From Candidatus Heimdallarchaeota archaeon (GTDB lineage Archaea; Asgardarchaeota; Heimdallarchaeia; JABLTI01), in NCBI GenBank assembly GCA_019058275.1, contig JAHLVW010000103.1:1-64000 (forward strand): a stretch of 64,000 nucleotides of DNA. Direction: 5' to 3'. The notes beneath the pieces were generated by a model. The model saw only the letters and a program-made list of their open reading frames with translations, was not told where the DNA came from and did not search any database. Both the position numbers and the translations under genes were made by a program. Shown here in pieces: positions 10,576 through 20,106 of the stretch. Position 1 is the first letter of the stretch. Every line of letters starts with the position of its first letter.

Positions 10576-11289
10576 TTAATAGTTGGCAGCTTTTCTTATT
10601 CCTTGAAATGATTCGATGAATAACAAGAACAAACTTATTGACAATAGCAAAAGAATAAATCCTGTAGCTATTGGAACGTAGCTAGCATAGGGTAACTTCC
10701 CTATTAACCACCAGTAATTTAGTTTAATTGAAATACCAGTAATAAGTAATGCTAAGGATAAAAGACTAAACAGAATGTTTGAAAAAGCGATTATCTTTAT
10801 TTTAGATTTATCTTTCATTTTTCTTAGCAGCATTGATCCAGAAATAACGTATAATATTGAGAAAATTGGAATAAAGATAAAACCGAATAATGCTAAAGGA
10901 ACTACACTCCATTTTTGAAAAGAAAAACAATTCTCACCATATTCTATTGACTGTTGATTTTTTATCTGTTTATTATGTCTTACTAGAAACCAGATAATAC
11001 TTCCAACAAGAACAACTTGATAGCTAAAGAAAATAGTTACTAATGGTATTAACACAATACTTGTGTCATATATAGTTTTCAAAACAGGTCGGATACCAAT
11101 TAGAAAGAAAAAGATGAAATACCATACAAAAAGGTAAAAACTAAAAAAGATCACATTAAATGAAGCAATTAATTGCTTATCACTAAATGAATGTTTAATC
11201 GTTCTGTTAAGAACAATTATTGAAATAATTAACAGCCAAGTAATACTATTTGTCCATATACGAATACTCGTACTCGAAACCATTCCCAT
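10576..11289 (-). CDS. Hypothetical multi-pass membrane protein
   Basis: About 6 hydrophobic helices. A paralogous fragment lies at 163-416. Confidence 0.7.
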   Translation of the reverse strand: MGMVSSTSIRIWTNSITWLLIISIIVLNRTIKHSFSDKQLIASFNVIFFSFYLFVWYFIFFFLIGIRPVLKTIYDTSIVLIPLVTIFFSYQVVLVGSIIWFLVRHNKQIKNQQSIEYGENCFSFQKWSVVPLALFGFIFIPIFSILYVISGSMLLRKMKDKSKIKIIAFSNILFSLLSLALLITGISIKLNYWWLIGKLPYASYVPIATGFILLLLSISLFLLFIESFQGIRKAANY

Positions 11290-11480
11290 GCTGGAACTGA
11301 ATCTAAATTGATGTTGTTAAGAAAGCTATCTAAATTAATTAGATTGACAATATTCATTTATTTCCCCAAGTATTTTTCCCTTCTATACAAGTAAGTATTA
11401 TTAATTTCTAAATATTTGGATTGCTATTTTTTTTCTTTAAAAACTCCAACAAGCAAATTAGGTTATTAGTTATCCCTTTT

Positions 11481-11514
11481 TATTTTTCAGTTGGACTAGT
11501 AGGAGAGTGAGTTT
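11481..11514 (+). repeat. Repeat R1 copy E (3' core only)
   Basis: TATTTTTCAGTTGGACTAGTAGGAGAGTGAGTTT matches the 3' core of R1. Lies 18 nt beyond the hicA stop. Confidence 0.65.
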
Positions 11515-11532
11515 TTTATATTAAATACCTGA

Positions 11533-11775
11533 TTAACTAAGCATATCAATGAGTTTTTCTTTAGAGATATTATTCCAAATTGCCACTTTTGATAAAATAT
11601 CCTTTAATGTACCTTTTGCTATTTCCTTATGCATAACAATCGTAATATGATGTTCTCATGCATCCCCCTTTTTCAGAAGTCTAACATGACTCCCTTTTTG
11701 TCTTACAACTTGATAACCAAGTTTACTCAAAACCTTAAGCAGTTTCTTACCACTAACTACTGGAAGCTTTGGCAA
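11533..11775 (-). pseudogene. hicA: HicA mRNA interferase toxin with in-frame TGA
   Basis: Manual translation MPKLPVVSGKKLLKVLSKLGYQVVRQKGSHVRL...DA*EHHITI...KGTLKDIL. Has the GSH catalytic motif. TGA at 11656-11658. Overlaps the hicB end. Confidence 0.85.
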
Positions 11776-11986
11776 TTGCTTGCACCTCAAATTCTGAAAG
11801 AGTTAAGATTCTGATTGTTTCTGTTTGTAATTCTTCCTCAAAGTGTACTTCAACTGCTTCTTTGATGTTCTTTCTTAATTCATCCAAAGTTTTCCCTTGA
11901 GTAAAAATATCAGCATCTATTCCTCTTGCACACCAAAACTGATCTTCATCTTGGTAAATTTCGAATTTTATAAGGCGCATCTTCAT
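11753..11986 (-). CDS. hicB: HicB-family antitoxin
   Basis: TQGKTLDELRKNIKEAVEVH signature; coupled to hicA. Confidence 0.85.
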   Translation of the reverse strand: MKMRLIKFEIYQDEDQFWCARGIDADIFTQGKTLDELRKNIKEAVEVHFEEELQTETIRILTLSEFEVQAIAKASSS

Positions 11987-12120
11987 TCACCATCTTAGCT
12001 ATATACTGCTTCTTAATTATAAACTAATTTATTATTGAACTTTTTTCCTTCTTTTGTCAAAGTTATACTTGATAATCTCTTTTGTACTTCTTCAGATTCA
12101 GTTCAAGTTACTGTCTTATT

Positions 12121-12227
12121 TGGATGATTTTCCCTTCCGTCTCAATGACCTTTATGTAGGTGGTTTGTATAACCTCATGTAATTTTTCAGTTGGCTAGAA
12201 AGAGCGTAAGTTTGAAACTATTTTTTT
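12121..12227 (+). repeat. Repeat R1 copy C (lacks the 5' hairpin)
   Basis: TTTTCCCTTCCGTCTCAATGACC...GTTTGAAAC matches copies A and B. Abuts the stop codon at 12228. Confidence 0.9.
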
Positions 12228-12941
12228 TTATTCTTTTTGTGATTCAAAATTAATATTGGATTGTGATTTAGTATTTGTTGATTTCTTACTTTTTTGAATA
12301 ATAAAAGTAACTAGTGGTACCATGACAATAATAGTGAATGCTATAGAAACAAAAACATAAAGTAAATCGTAACTTAAGATAGATGATCCCGCTAGCAAAT
12401 AAAATGCAACAATAACCAATGAACCGATGATAAGACTTATTGAAATTGCAATATTAACTTGTTTTATTAGTTTTCCTTGTGATTCTGATTTATGTCCAAT
12501 AACATTAATGCTAGCACACGTTCCTATTCCTCCCAAATCACAACAACATTCTAATAAAATTGCTCTTGCATCAGTGTCATATTCAATTTTATCAGGAATT
12601 TGTTTAGAAATTTCTCTTGAACGTTTTCTAGCTACTTTTTTTTGTAATGAACCACATGAAGTGCAATATTTATATTCATCAAAGGTTGGTTGTTTGCATG
12701 TTTTGCAATTGACAATAGAGATCAGTTCTTTGTAAAATTCATTCCAGATATCATTTAATCTTTCACTACATCTCTCACAAAAATATTTTAACTCTGAACC
12801 TGTTTTACTTAATGTGAATGAATTTTTTTTTCCACATTTTGGACAAAAAACAAAATCATCTGTTAGACTTCGCAATTGATTTTCTTTCTTATACTCAATT
12901 TCCTCATCAAGATCAATGGTATCATCAAACGAATATGACAA
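12228..12941 (-). CDS. Double zinc-ribbon protein with two C-terminal TM helices
   Basis: CPKC, CERC, CKTC and CTSC pairs; two hydrophobic helices. Confidence 0.75.
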   Translation of the reverse strand: MSYSFDDTIDLDEEIEYKKENQLRSLTDDFVFCPKCGKKNSFTLSKTGSELKYFCERCSERLNDIWNEFYKELISIVNCKTCKQPTFDEYKYCTSCGSLQKKVARKRSREISKQIPDKIEYDTDARAILLECCCDLGGIGTCASINVIGHKSESQGKLIKQVNIAISISLIIGSLVIVAFYLLAGSSILSYDLLYVFVSIAFTIIVMVPLVTFIIQKSKKSTNTKSQSNINFESQKE

Positions 12942-13004
12942 TAATCATCCCATCCCTAATCAAATATTTATTTTCTATTATAATATGTTTTCTATTTTTC
13001 ATTC

Positions 13005-13055
13005 GTTGTTTGTATTACCTCGTGTATTTTTTCGGTTGGATAGTAAGAGTGAGTT
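13005..13055 (+). repeat. Repeat R1 copy D (3' half, diverged)
   Basis: GTTGTTTGTATTACCTCGTGTATTTTTTCGGTTGGATAGTAAGAGTGAGTT; overlaps the stop codon of 13054-13914. Confidence 0.8.
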
Positions 13056-13914
13056 ATTCTTCTTTTTTTGCCATAAGAGTGAATACCAATGGTAATTGTA
13101 TTTCAGAATGATCATATCTCCAGTATCCATCTACAGATTTCTTTAGAAATGGAAATCTTTGAAATGGAGCTTTGGAAAATTCGTTAAAGAACTTTATTTG
13201 TAAACCAGCACTAATTATTGAATTAATTACATCAGATAAACTATGAGACCATTCATAGCCATCTAATTTTTCGGTTGTTTTATTTCCATCTGCAAAAGAA
13301 CCACTCACAGTGTAACCAATTGGTTCTGGATCATGGAAATAATTATTTTTTAGAACGAAGTCATTAGGATCATCCCAATCAAACACCCAGATAAAGCGAT
13401 GGAATTCAGCAATGTAAAAAATCCCCCCCAGTTTTAAGAACTGAGCAATAATCTCAGCCCAACGCTTTAAATCATTCAACCAGCAAAGAACACCATAAGA
13501 AGTGAATACAATATCATATTTTTCATCAAGATTTTTTGGCAAATCATAGATATTTGATTCCACAAAAGTTGCTTCTATTTTTGCATTTTTAGCTAACTGT
13601 CTTGCTAAATTAATAGCTTTTCCTGAAATATCTACACCAGTTACTTTTGCTCCCTGTCGAGCCCAGGATAAGGTATCAAGTCCAAAATGGCATTGAAGAT
13701 GTAACAATGATTTCCCCTTTACGAATTTTCCAAGTTCATCAAGTTCAATTGAATTTAGAGAAGTTTTACCTTTGAGAAATTCTTTTGTTTGATAAACTTC
13801 TGATTGATAATTTACTTTTGCAAATTCATCCCACATTTTCTGGATGGCATCATAATATTGTCTTGATTCCTTCATACTATATTTTAAAGAGGAAGTGTCT
13901 AAATTACTTCTCAT
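13054..13914 (-). CDS. Class I SAM-dependent methyltransferase
   Basis: LLHLQCHFGLDT motif I variant, VTGVD, YDIVFTSYG, LKLGG. Confidence 0.9.
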   Translation of the reverse strand: MRSNLDTSSLKYSMKESRQYYDAIQKMWDEFAKVNYQSEVYQTKEFLKGKTSLNSIELDELGKFVKGKSLLHLQCHFGLDTLSWARQGAKVTGVDISGKAINLARQLAKNAKIEATFVESNIYDLPKNLDEKYDIVFTSYGVLCWLNDLKRWAEIIAQFLKLGGIFYIAEFHRFIWVFDWDDPNDFVLKNNYFHDPEPIGYTVSGSFADGNKTTEKLDGYEWSHSLSDVINSIISAGLQIKFFNEFSKAPFQRFPFLKKSVDGYWRYDHSEIQLPLVFTLMAKKEE

Positions 13915-13952
13915 TAATCTAATTTCAGAAATTCAAAAAAAAGTGGATAAAA

Positions 13953-14993
13953 CTAAGGTTTTATCACCGTTCTAAAATCTGCCTTGAAATCCTTCAACTG
14001 ATGATGGACTTCATTTATAGCATTAGCTTCAAGTGGAACAACCTTAGTTACTAAGTGACTTAAATCTAGTTTTCCTTGTTCTGCAAAATCTAAAAGCATC
14101 GGTAATTCGGATAACAAGTGATCGGAACAACCAATTATTTCTTTTTCTTTGCAAATTGCTTCGTAAGAGTCGACCTTAAATGGTTCTCTTGTGATTCCAA
14201 CCAATCCTAACCGTCCGAATCGAGATAAAGATCTAGTTCCTTGATCCAAAGTCAATGGAAGACCAACAAGTTCCAAAGCAACATCCACTCCGACTCCATT
14301 CGTTAATTCCATTATTTTTTCCACTGGATCGTTTTCCTTAGCATTTATCGGAATAGCACCCATTTTTTTCGCGGATTGTAATTTTACTGGATCAATATCC
14401 ACTGCATAAATATCTCGAGCAGCAAACGCTTTCGCTAATTGAAAAGCAGAAACACCTAACCCTCCGAAACCAAAGATCGCTAATGTTTCTCCTGGTTGAA
14501 ATCGAGTTTTTTTCAGTGCATGAAATGAAGTTGCTGTGGAACACATCATAACTGCAGCATGTTCAAATGAAACTGAATCAGGAAGCTTGTAGATTCCTCT
14601 AGAAGGTACCGAAATGTATTCTGCATACCCTCCATTAACATCTTTCCCTATCATTTTTCCTTTTTCACAAAACTGCTCTGATCCTTTAACACAAAAATGA
14701 CATTTTCCGCAAGTAATCATATAATTAACACAAACTCGATCACCAATCTGGAATCTGGACACATTTGCTCCGATTTCTTCAATAACTCCTGCAACTTCAT
14801 GTCCTAAAGAAATTGGTAGATATCCCACAGAAGAAACCCCATCTCGATAGTGAACATCTGAATGGCAGATTCCTGCTGCTTTAATTTTCACTAATACTTC
14901 ATCTGCTTGATGTTCTGATTTTGGAACTTTTCGGTTTTCCAAATCCTTATCAATTTCAATTAATTGAACTGCTTTCATAACTCGTAATATCAT
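13953..14993 (-). CDS. Zn-dependent alcohol dehydrogenase (MDR family)
   Basis: CHSD, GHE, CxxCxxC-x7-C and GFGGLG. Confidence 0.92.
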   Translation of the reverse strand: MILRVMKAVQLIEIDKDLENRKVPKSEHQADEVLVKIKAAGICHSDVHYRDGVSSVGYLPISLGHEVAGVIEEIGANVSRFQIGDRVCVNYMITCGKCHFCVKGSEQFCEKGKMIGKDVNGGYAEYISVPSRGIYKLPDSVSFEHAAVMMCSTATSFHALKKTRFQPGETLAIFGFGGLGVSAFQLAKAFAARDIYAVDIDPVKLQSAKKMGAIPINAKENDPVEKIMELTNGVGVDVALELVGLPLTLDQGTRSLSRFGRLGLVGITREPFKVDSYEAICKEKEIIGCSDHLLSELPMLLDFAEQGKLDLSHLVTKVVPLEANAINEVHHQLKDFKADFRTVIKP

Positions 14994-15165
14994 ATTTCTT
15001 ATTTAAAATTGTTTTTTACACTTGAAGAAGGGTCGTTTTTTTATCAAGAAAACGAGTGTGTTCATTATTAATCTACAAAAAGAGAAACTAATGGTTTTAC
15101 ATAGTTTCAATTTTTGCAATATATGATTTCAATGAAATTGGATTTCCGGGTAATGTGGGCAAAGC

Positions 15166-16110
15166 TTATTTTTTAGAAATATTAGCTGAGAAGGCATTAG
15201 CATTTAACCATCCTTCTCGTTCTAGGATTTCGTCAGGCATCTTAAGAATTTTCAAAACTTTATGACGACAAGTGAAAGTATGAGGTACAGGACCTAAATA
15301 TTCACCCATAGCATGACCTAAAACTTTCTTTGAAGAATTAGTACTAACTGTGATTCTCTTACCTCTGAGTACCTCAACCTTAGGATGATTTATATGAGTA
15401 CCTTTTCCTAATTTCGAAGAAGTGATTAATGATTCTATAAAGGTGGTATCTCCCACAATCATAACATCCAATAATCCATCATCAATAACAGCATCTGGAG
15501 TAACCATCATTCCACCACCTATCCTTTGACCGTTACCAATCATTGTTGTTAATGATTTTATATCTTTAACAATTGTACCATTATCGATATCAATATGTAA
15601 ATGTCGTGGACGATATCTGAATATTGATCTTACTAAAGCAAAATAGTAGATCATTCTTGTATTTTTATCAGTAACTTGCTCAGAGACATCTGCATCTAAT
15701 CCAACACCAGCAACTCCCATGCAGAATCGAGCACCATCATTAATGTCAATGCAATCAATTACTCGTTCCTCTCTTTTTTGGAGCATTTCAATAAGATCAT
15801 CTAAGTTATGTGTTTGACGAATATTGAATGCATTATCATTTCCCCGTCCAACTGGTAGAATTGCTAATGTACTCTTAAATCCTGCTTGTCCAATTCCGGT
15901 AATAACTTCATTAATTGTACCATCACCACCAAAAACAACAATAAGCTTATGATCATCGCTTGCTTCTCTAGCAATTCCTATGGCATCATTTATTGATTTG
16001 GTCCATTCAACTTCAAAATCAAAACCAGCATTTTTTAAAGCTTCATTATACTTAGGCCACTTCTTTTTTGCTTTTCCACCACGTGTAGTTGGGTTACAAA
16101 TAATCTTCAA
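15166..16110 (-). CDS. Diacylglycerol/lipid kinase family protein (YegS/BmrU-like)
   Basis: NP, GGDGTINE, PVGRGND, GGG and DDGLLD motifs. Confidence 0.9.
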   Translation of the reverse strand: MKIICNPTTRGGKAKKKWPKYNEALKNAGFDFEVEWTKSINDAIGIAREASDDHKLIVVFGGDGTINEVITGIGQAGFKSTLAILPVGRGNDNAFNIRQTHNLDDLIEMLQKREERVIDCIDINDGARFCMGVAGVGLDADVSEQVTDKNTRMIYYFALVRSIFRYRPRHLHIDIDNGTIVKDIKSLTTMIGNGQRIGGGMMVTPDAVIDDGLLDVMIVGDTTFIESLITSSKLGKGTHINHPKVEVLRGKRITVSTNSSKKVLGHAMGEYLGPVPHTFTCRHKVLKILKMPDEILEREGWLNANAFSANISKK

Positions 16111-16246
16111 TAGACTTTTCTCCTGTATGTTTTACGACTCAAATTAATTTGATTTTACATTATCTTATCATTTTCTTTATTAGTTCTTTCGGTTTAAAGA
16201 GCTGTTGAAATAAAGAAATGAGCAGCAAAATAATAATTTTACAAAT

Positions 16247-16495
16247 CTATTCTTCTTTTTTTTCTCTAATTTTATGTATAAAAATCACAATCAAGATTAT
16301 AATAGCACTACAAATAATCAATCCAACAATAACAAGTAACGTGATAAGATATACTCTCGAGTGAATATCAGTTAAATAAAGAATGAATACCAAGAGAAAA
16401 GTAGCTAGCGATCCTCCTATAAAGAACCAAATTCTTGTTTTTAGCGATTCTTTCCTCTTTTCCCAAGGTTTCTCTTTATCATTCACAATAATCAC
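16247..16495 (-). CDS. Small two-TM protein
   Basis: Two hydrophobic helices with charged ends. Confidence 0.5.
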   Translation of the reverse strand: MIIVNDKEKPWEKRKESLKTRIWFFIGGSLATFLLVFILYLTDIHSRVYLITLLVIVGLIICSAIIILIVIFIHKIREKKEE

Positions 16496-16702
16496 ACATT
16501 TTAGTATAATTGTTTATTTTAATCTTGATTATAGGAAATAATATGATCAAATCTCAAAATAATAAACTTGAGATTATATCCATTGTCTTCTGATACTATT
16601 CAAGATGAGCAAAAAAGAGAGCAAATTTAGAGCATATTGTTATTCTCTTATTGATTCAATCTTTTCGAAAGAAGAAATAATCATACTTTAGATTGAGTTT
16701 TT

Positions 16703-17359
16703 GTGGAATATATTTTTATTAATAGAAAATTGTATAATAAATTAAGAAATTTTGGAGGAGGAAGAATAATAATACCAAAAATGACAAGAAAAATGGTTGG
16801 ATTATTTCTTGTAGAATTAATACTTATAGTATCATTTGGAAGAATTAATTCAGTTCAAGGAATTGAATATAGAGAAACATTGGCTTTCGGTGAGTATTTT
16901 GCTGTAATACCAGATAGAAAAATCAGTGATAAGGGATCAATTAACTGGTCATTTTCAGGCAATAATGAATACGTTGATATTACTGTCTGGATATTAGATG
17001 GCGAAAACTATGCCATATTCCAAAATGGTAGTTACTCAGTGGTAGGATACGAAGTGTCTGACGGTACTACCTATGAAGATTCAGGTATATGGATTCCTAC
17101 CTTTAAAGAAAAATGGCACATTGTTTTCTTTCATAACGATGATGATATTCACATGACAACAACCCTTACAATTAATGTGATATTTGATTATGGAGGATTA
17201 GCTGTTTGGCTTTTAACAATAATTATTGCTTTACCATCATCATTAGCTGTTATTGGGCTTGCTGTCTTAGTTGCCTTTCTTATCACTCGAAAAAAGAAAC
17301 AATCAAGAATTGAATCCCAAAGAATAACAATAGAAGAAGTCAATTCGGAAGAATCATAG
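16703..17359 (+). CDS. Type I membrane protein with small beta-sandwich (GOLD-like) ectodomain; real start probably downstream
   Basis: Signal peptide, beta-rich domain (INWSF...DITVWILDGENY), TM helix and RKKK. Confidence 0.6.
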   Translation: MEYIFINRKLYNKLRNFGGGRIIIPKMTRKMVGLFLVELILIVSFGRINSVQGIEYRETLAFGEYFAVIPDRKISDKGSINWSFSGNNEYVDITVWILDGENYAIFQNGSYSVVGYEVSDGTTYEDSGIWIPTFKEKWHIVFFHNDDDIHMTTTLTINVIFDYGGLAVWLLTIIIALPSSLAVIGLAVLVAFLITRKKKQSRIESQRITIEEVNSEES

Positions 17360-17430
17360 TTTAATCATAAGAAAAGATGTCGGAATTTCCTATATGCAAT
17401 AAGCTACCCGTTAATTCTACTTGATTCTTT

Positions 17431-19275
17431 TCATGTTAAATCATTTGATGTTGAATTATTACCTTCCTTTCTTTCGTATAACCATAACGAAAATATGACT
17501 GGTAAAATTGAGATATACAATATACAGGATAGAATTCCTATTTTCATGTAAGCGAAATATAAAGTGTGATTTGGCATGAACCAGACAGGCCATGGACCAT
17601 TATTAATAATATAATAGCTAATAAATCCAAGAATAGGTAGAGAAACATAAAATACTGATCCTATTGATGTCTGTAAGAATGTTTTTCTCCAATCTTTAAA
17701 TGAAGAATATGAATTTCCTTTTCTTAGAATCAGAAAAACAACTAACCATGGTAGGAATATAGCAATTAAGCTACCTAAAATTAATGCCAACAAATTTGGT
17801 ACCAAAACTTGTGTAAGATAATTGAAACGATTAGGATTATAGTTAAAATCTGCAATAGCAAAAATAATTATCGCAGTAACAATAGCACCAATTGCTCCGG
17901 TTAGTTCAGGTACAATTAAATTTTTGGAAAAAATATCTTGATGTGTTAATTCTATTATGTTCATTTTTTGAAGTAAAAATACAACTAATGTCAAAATAGC
18001 AAATATGACTGTTATCGTCAAGATTCTTATTAGTAACATAAGAGAACCAAATCTATCATATAAAGCACTTAATGTTTTTCTTGTAGATATTTCTGCTTCT
18101 TTTCCCATTTCAAAGGATTACTGATATTGTGTTGCTGCATATTCTAGTTTTGCTAGAGTGATATTATCTGTAATTTCATCAACAGCTGCTCTAAAGACCA
18201 ATTTTGTTCTTTTCGAAAGCAACCTTAGCTTGTCAATTGAAACATTTAATTGCTGATTTATGATTTCTGCTATTTGGATACTATACATGGCATTAGTTTT
18301 TGTTGTAGAATTAATGCAATCATGAAGAATTACCCCATTCATTGTTTGAACAACTGGCAATCCAAGCATAGCTAACAGAGTTGGTGTAACAGAATTCATA
18401 GTAACTCTTCTTTCGAAGATTTTCCCATGTTCTTTTATCCCTTGATTAGCTATGATTAAAGAAGCATGTGTTTGGTTAAAATCATCACTGCCATGTCCAC
18501 CAATGTTTTCATGACCATGATCACTAAATAAGACAATTGTAGTATTCTCAAGTTGACTTATGTTTTTGTAAGCTGCTAGAATTTCACCTACATAAGAATC
18601 AATTAATTCAATCGTCTTGAGGTACTCTGTTGATGCAGCACCATATAGATGTCCTACTTTATCAACAGAGCTAAAATCAATGAACTGGATTTGTGAAAAA
18701 TTATTTTCAATAGTTGTTAATGCTGCATCCTTCACATAAACATCTTTGTTTGGAACAAGATTTTCGTCCTCATCAACTTTAACAACAGCGGTGAAATTTT
18801 GTAGAAATCTAATCCAAGATCTGCCATCGGATACTATTCCAGTTGTAAATCCACTTCTATAGGCTTCACTGTAAAGTGTAGGCAAAGTTAGATTTTCCTC
18901 ATATTCATTAGAAAAGATAGTAGTAAAATTCGTACTAGATCCTGAAGCAAAAGCAGCATAATTAACTTTGCTAAAACTAGATAATACTGAATGGTAATTA
19001 GAGAACGCAGTTCCATTTGTCATTAATTGATCAATATTAGGTGTTTCTGCTTCAATCATCTTATCATATCTCATTCCATCTACAAAAATTATGAGTATTT
19101 GTTCTGTAATTCCCTCAGGATTATCAATCAAATCTATTGGTACCAAATCATCCTTTATATTCAATCGATTATTCAGTGAGTATTGGGTTTGAAGACATCT
19201 AAAACAAAATGATAATTGGAATATTGTGATTAAAATAAAGTAAGCCAAAAATATGTTTACATTTTGCTTCTTCAT
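17431..19275 (-). pseudogene. Alkaline-phosphatase superfamily ectodomain plus multi-TM C-terminus, split by one in-frame TAA
   Basis: IFVDGMRYD, DKVGH and SDHGH motifs. ORFs 18118-19275 and 17431-18108 share a frame and are separated by a single TAA at 18118-18120. Confidence 0.8.
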
Positions 19276-19299
19276 ACCTAATCACATTCAGGCATTTAT

Positions 19300-19890
19300 T
19301 TATTCATATTCTTTTCTAAGTAGACCATAATAAAGCAAACCGAAACGATGATTGCCTTCCTTATTAGTTTCTCTTAAGTGCCCTTCTTTTTTAAATCCTA
19401 ATCGTTCAGCTAATTTATAGCTTCTTTCATTAGTGTCTCGAGTAATTAAGATAATTTTATGTGCGTTTAGTTCATCAAAAATAAATTTCATAGCTCTCTT
19501 TACAGCTTCTGTTGCTAAACCTTTTCCTGTTTGTTCTTGATCAAGATAGTAACCTAACTCGAATGACGGTACTTCCCATCTCTTGGGTTCTATCCAGATA
19601 TTTCCTATAAATTCATTTGTTTCCTTTAACCATATTCCCATAACAAATCGATTTCGAGCAACCCAAAACGCTGATAATTGTCTTACTCGTACTTCTGCAT
19701 CCTCTAATGTTTTAACATTAGTAGCTTCATCTACATGTTCAACTAGAAAATTCCTATTATCGTTTCTTTCTAGTAATGCATATAATCCCTTGCCATCACC
19801 TTTCTCATATTTTCTAATTAATAACCGATTTGTTTCTATTTGTATTGAAGGTTCTAGTAGGAGTTTTCGAGATGTATTCATGTAAATCAC
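19300..19890 (-). CDS. RimJ/RimL-type GNAT acetyltransferase
   Basis: ETNRLLIR, ELGYYL, GKGLATEA, NERS and LGFKKEG motifs. Confidence 0.9.
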   Translation of the reverse strand: MIYMNTSRKLLLEPSIQIETNRLLIRKYEKGDGKGLYALLERNDNRNFLVEHVDEATNVKTLEDAEVRVRQLSAFWVARNRFVMGIWLKETNEFIGNIWIEPKRWEVPSFELGYYLDQEQTGKGLATEAVKRAMKFIFDELNAHKIILITRDTNERSYKLAERLGFKKEGHLRETNKEGNHRFGLLYYGLLRKEYE

Positions 19891-20106
19891 AATAATCTAT
19901 TCTTCTTTATTATAATCCCTTTTCAATATATTAAGTATAACTTGCAAGATTAAAACTCATGAACTTTATCTACAAAGGTTTGAAAAGTAGACAAAATAAG
20001 ATAGCTCCAATGGTAATGTGGTTTGCAACAAGGAAATATAGGAAATGTTTATTTTATTCAGCAAATACTAAAATAACTCTCTAAACACTGTTTAATTGCA
20101 GTTTTA

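Noticed and set aside
1-13055. R1 as canonical integron attC sites
   Set aside because: A RYYYAAC box (GCCCAAC) is present on the minus strand, but I could not find a matching GTTRRRY at a suitable distance with the long imperfect palindrome. There is also no intI in the window.
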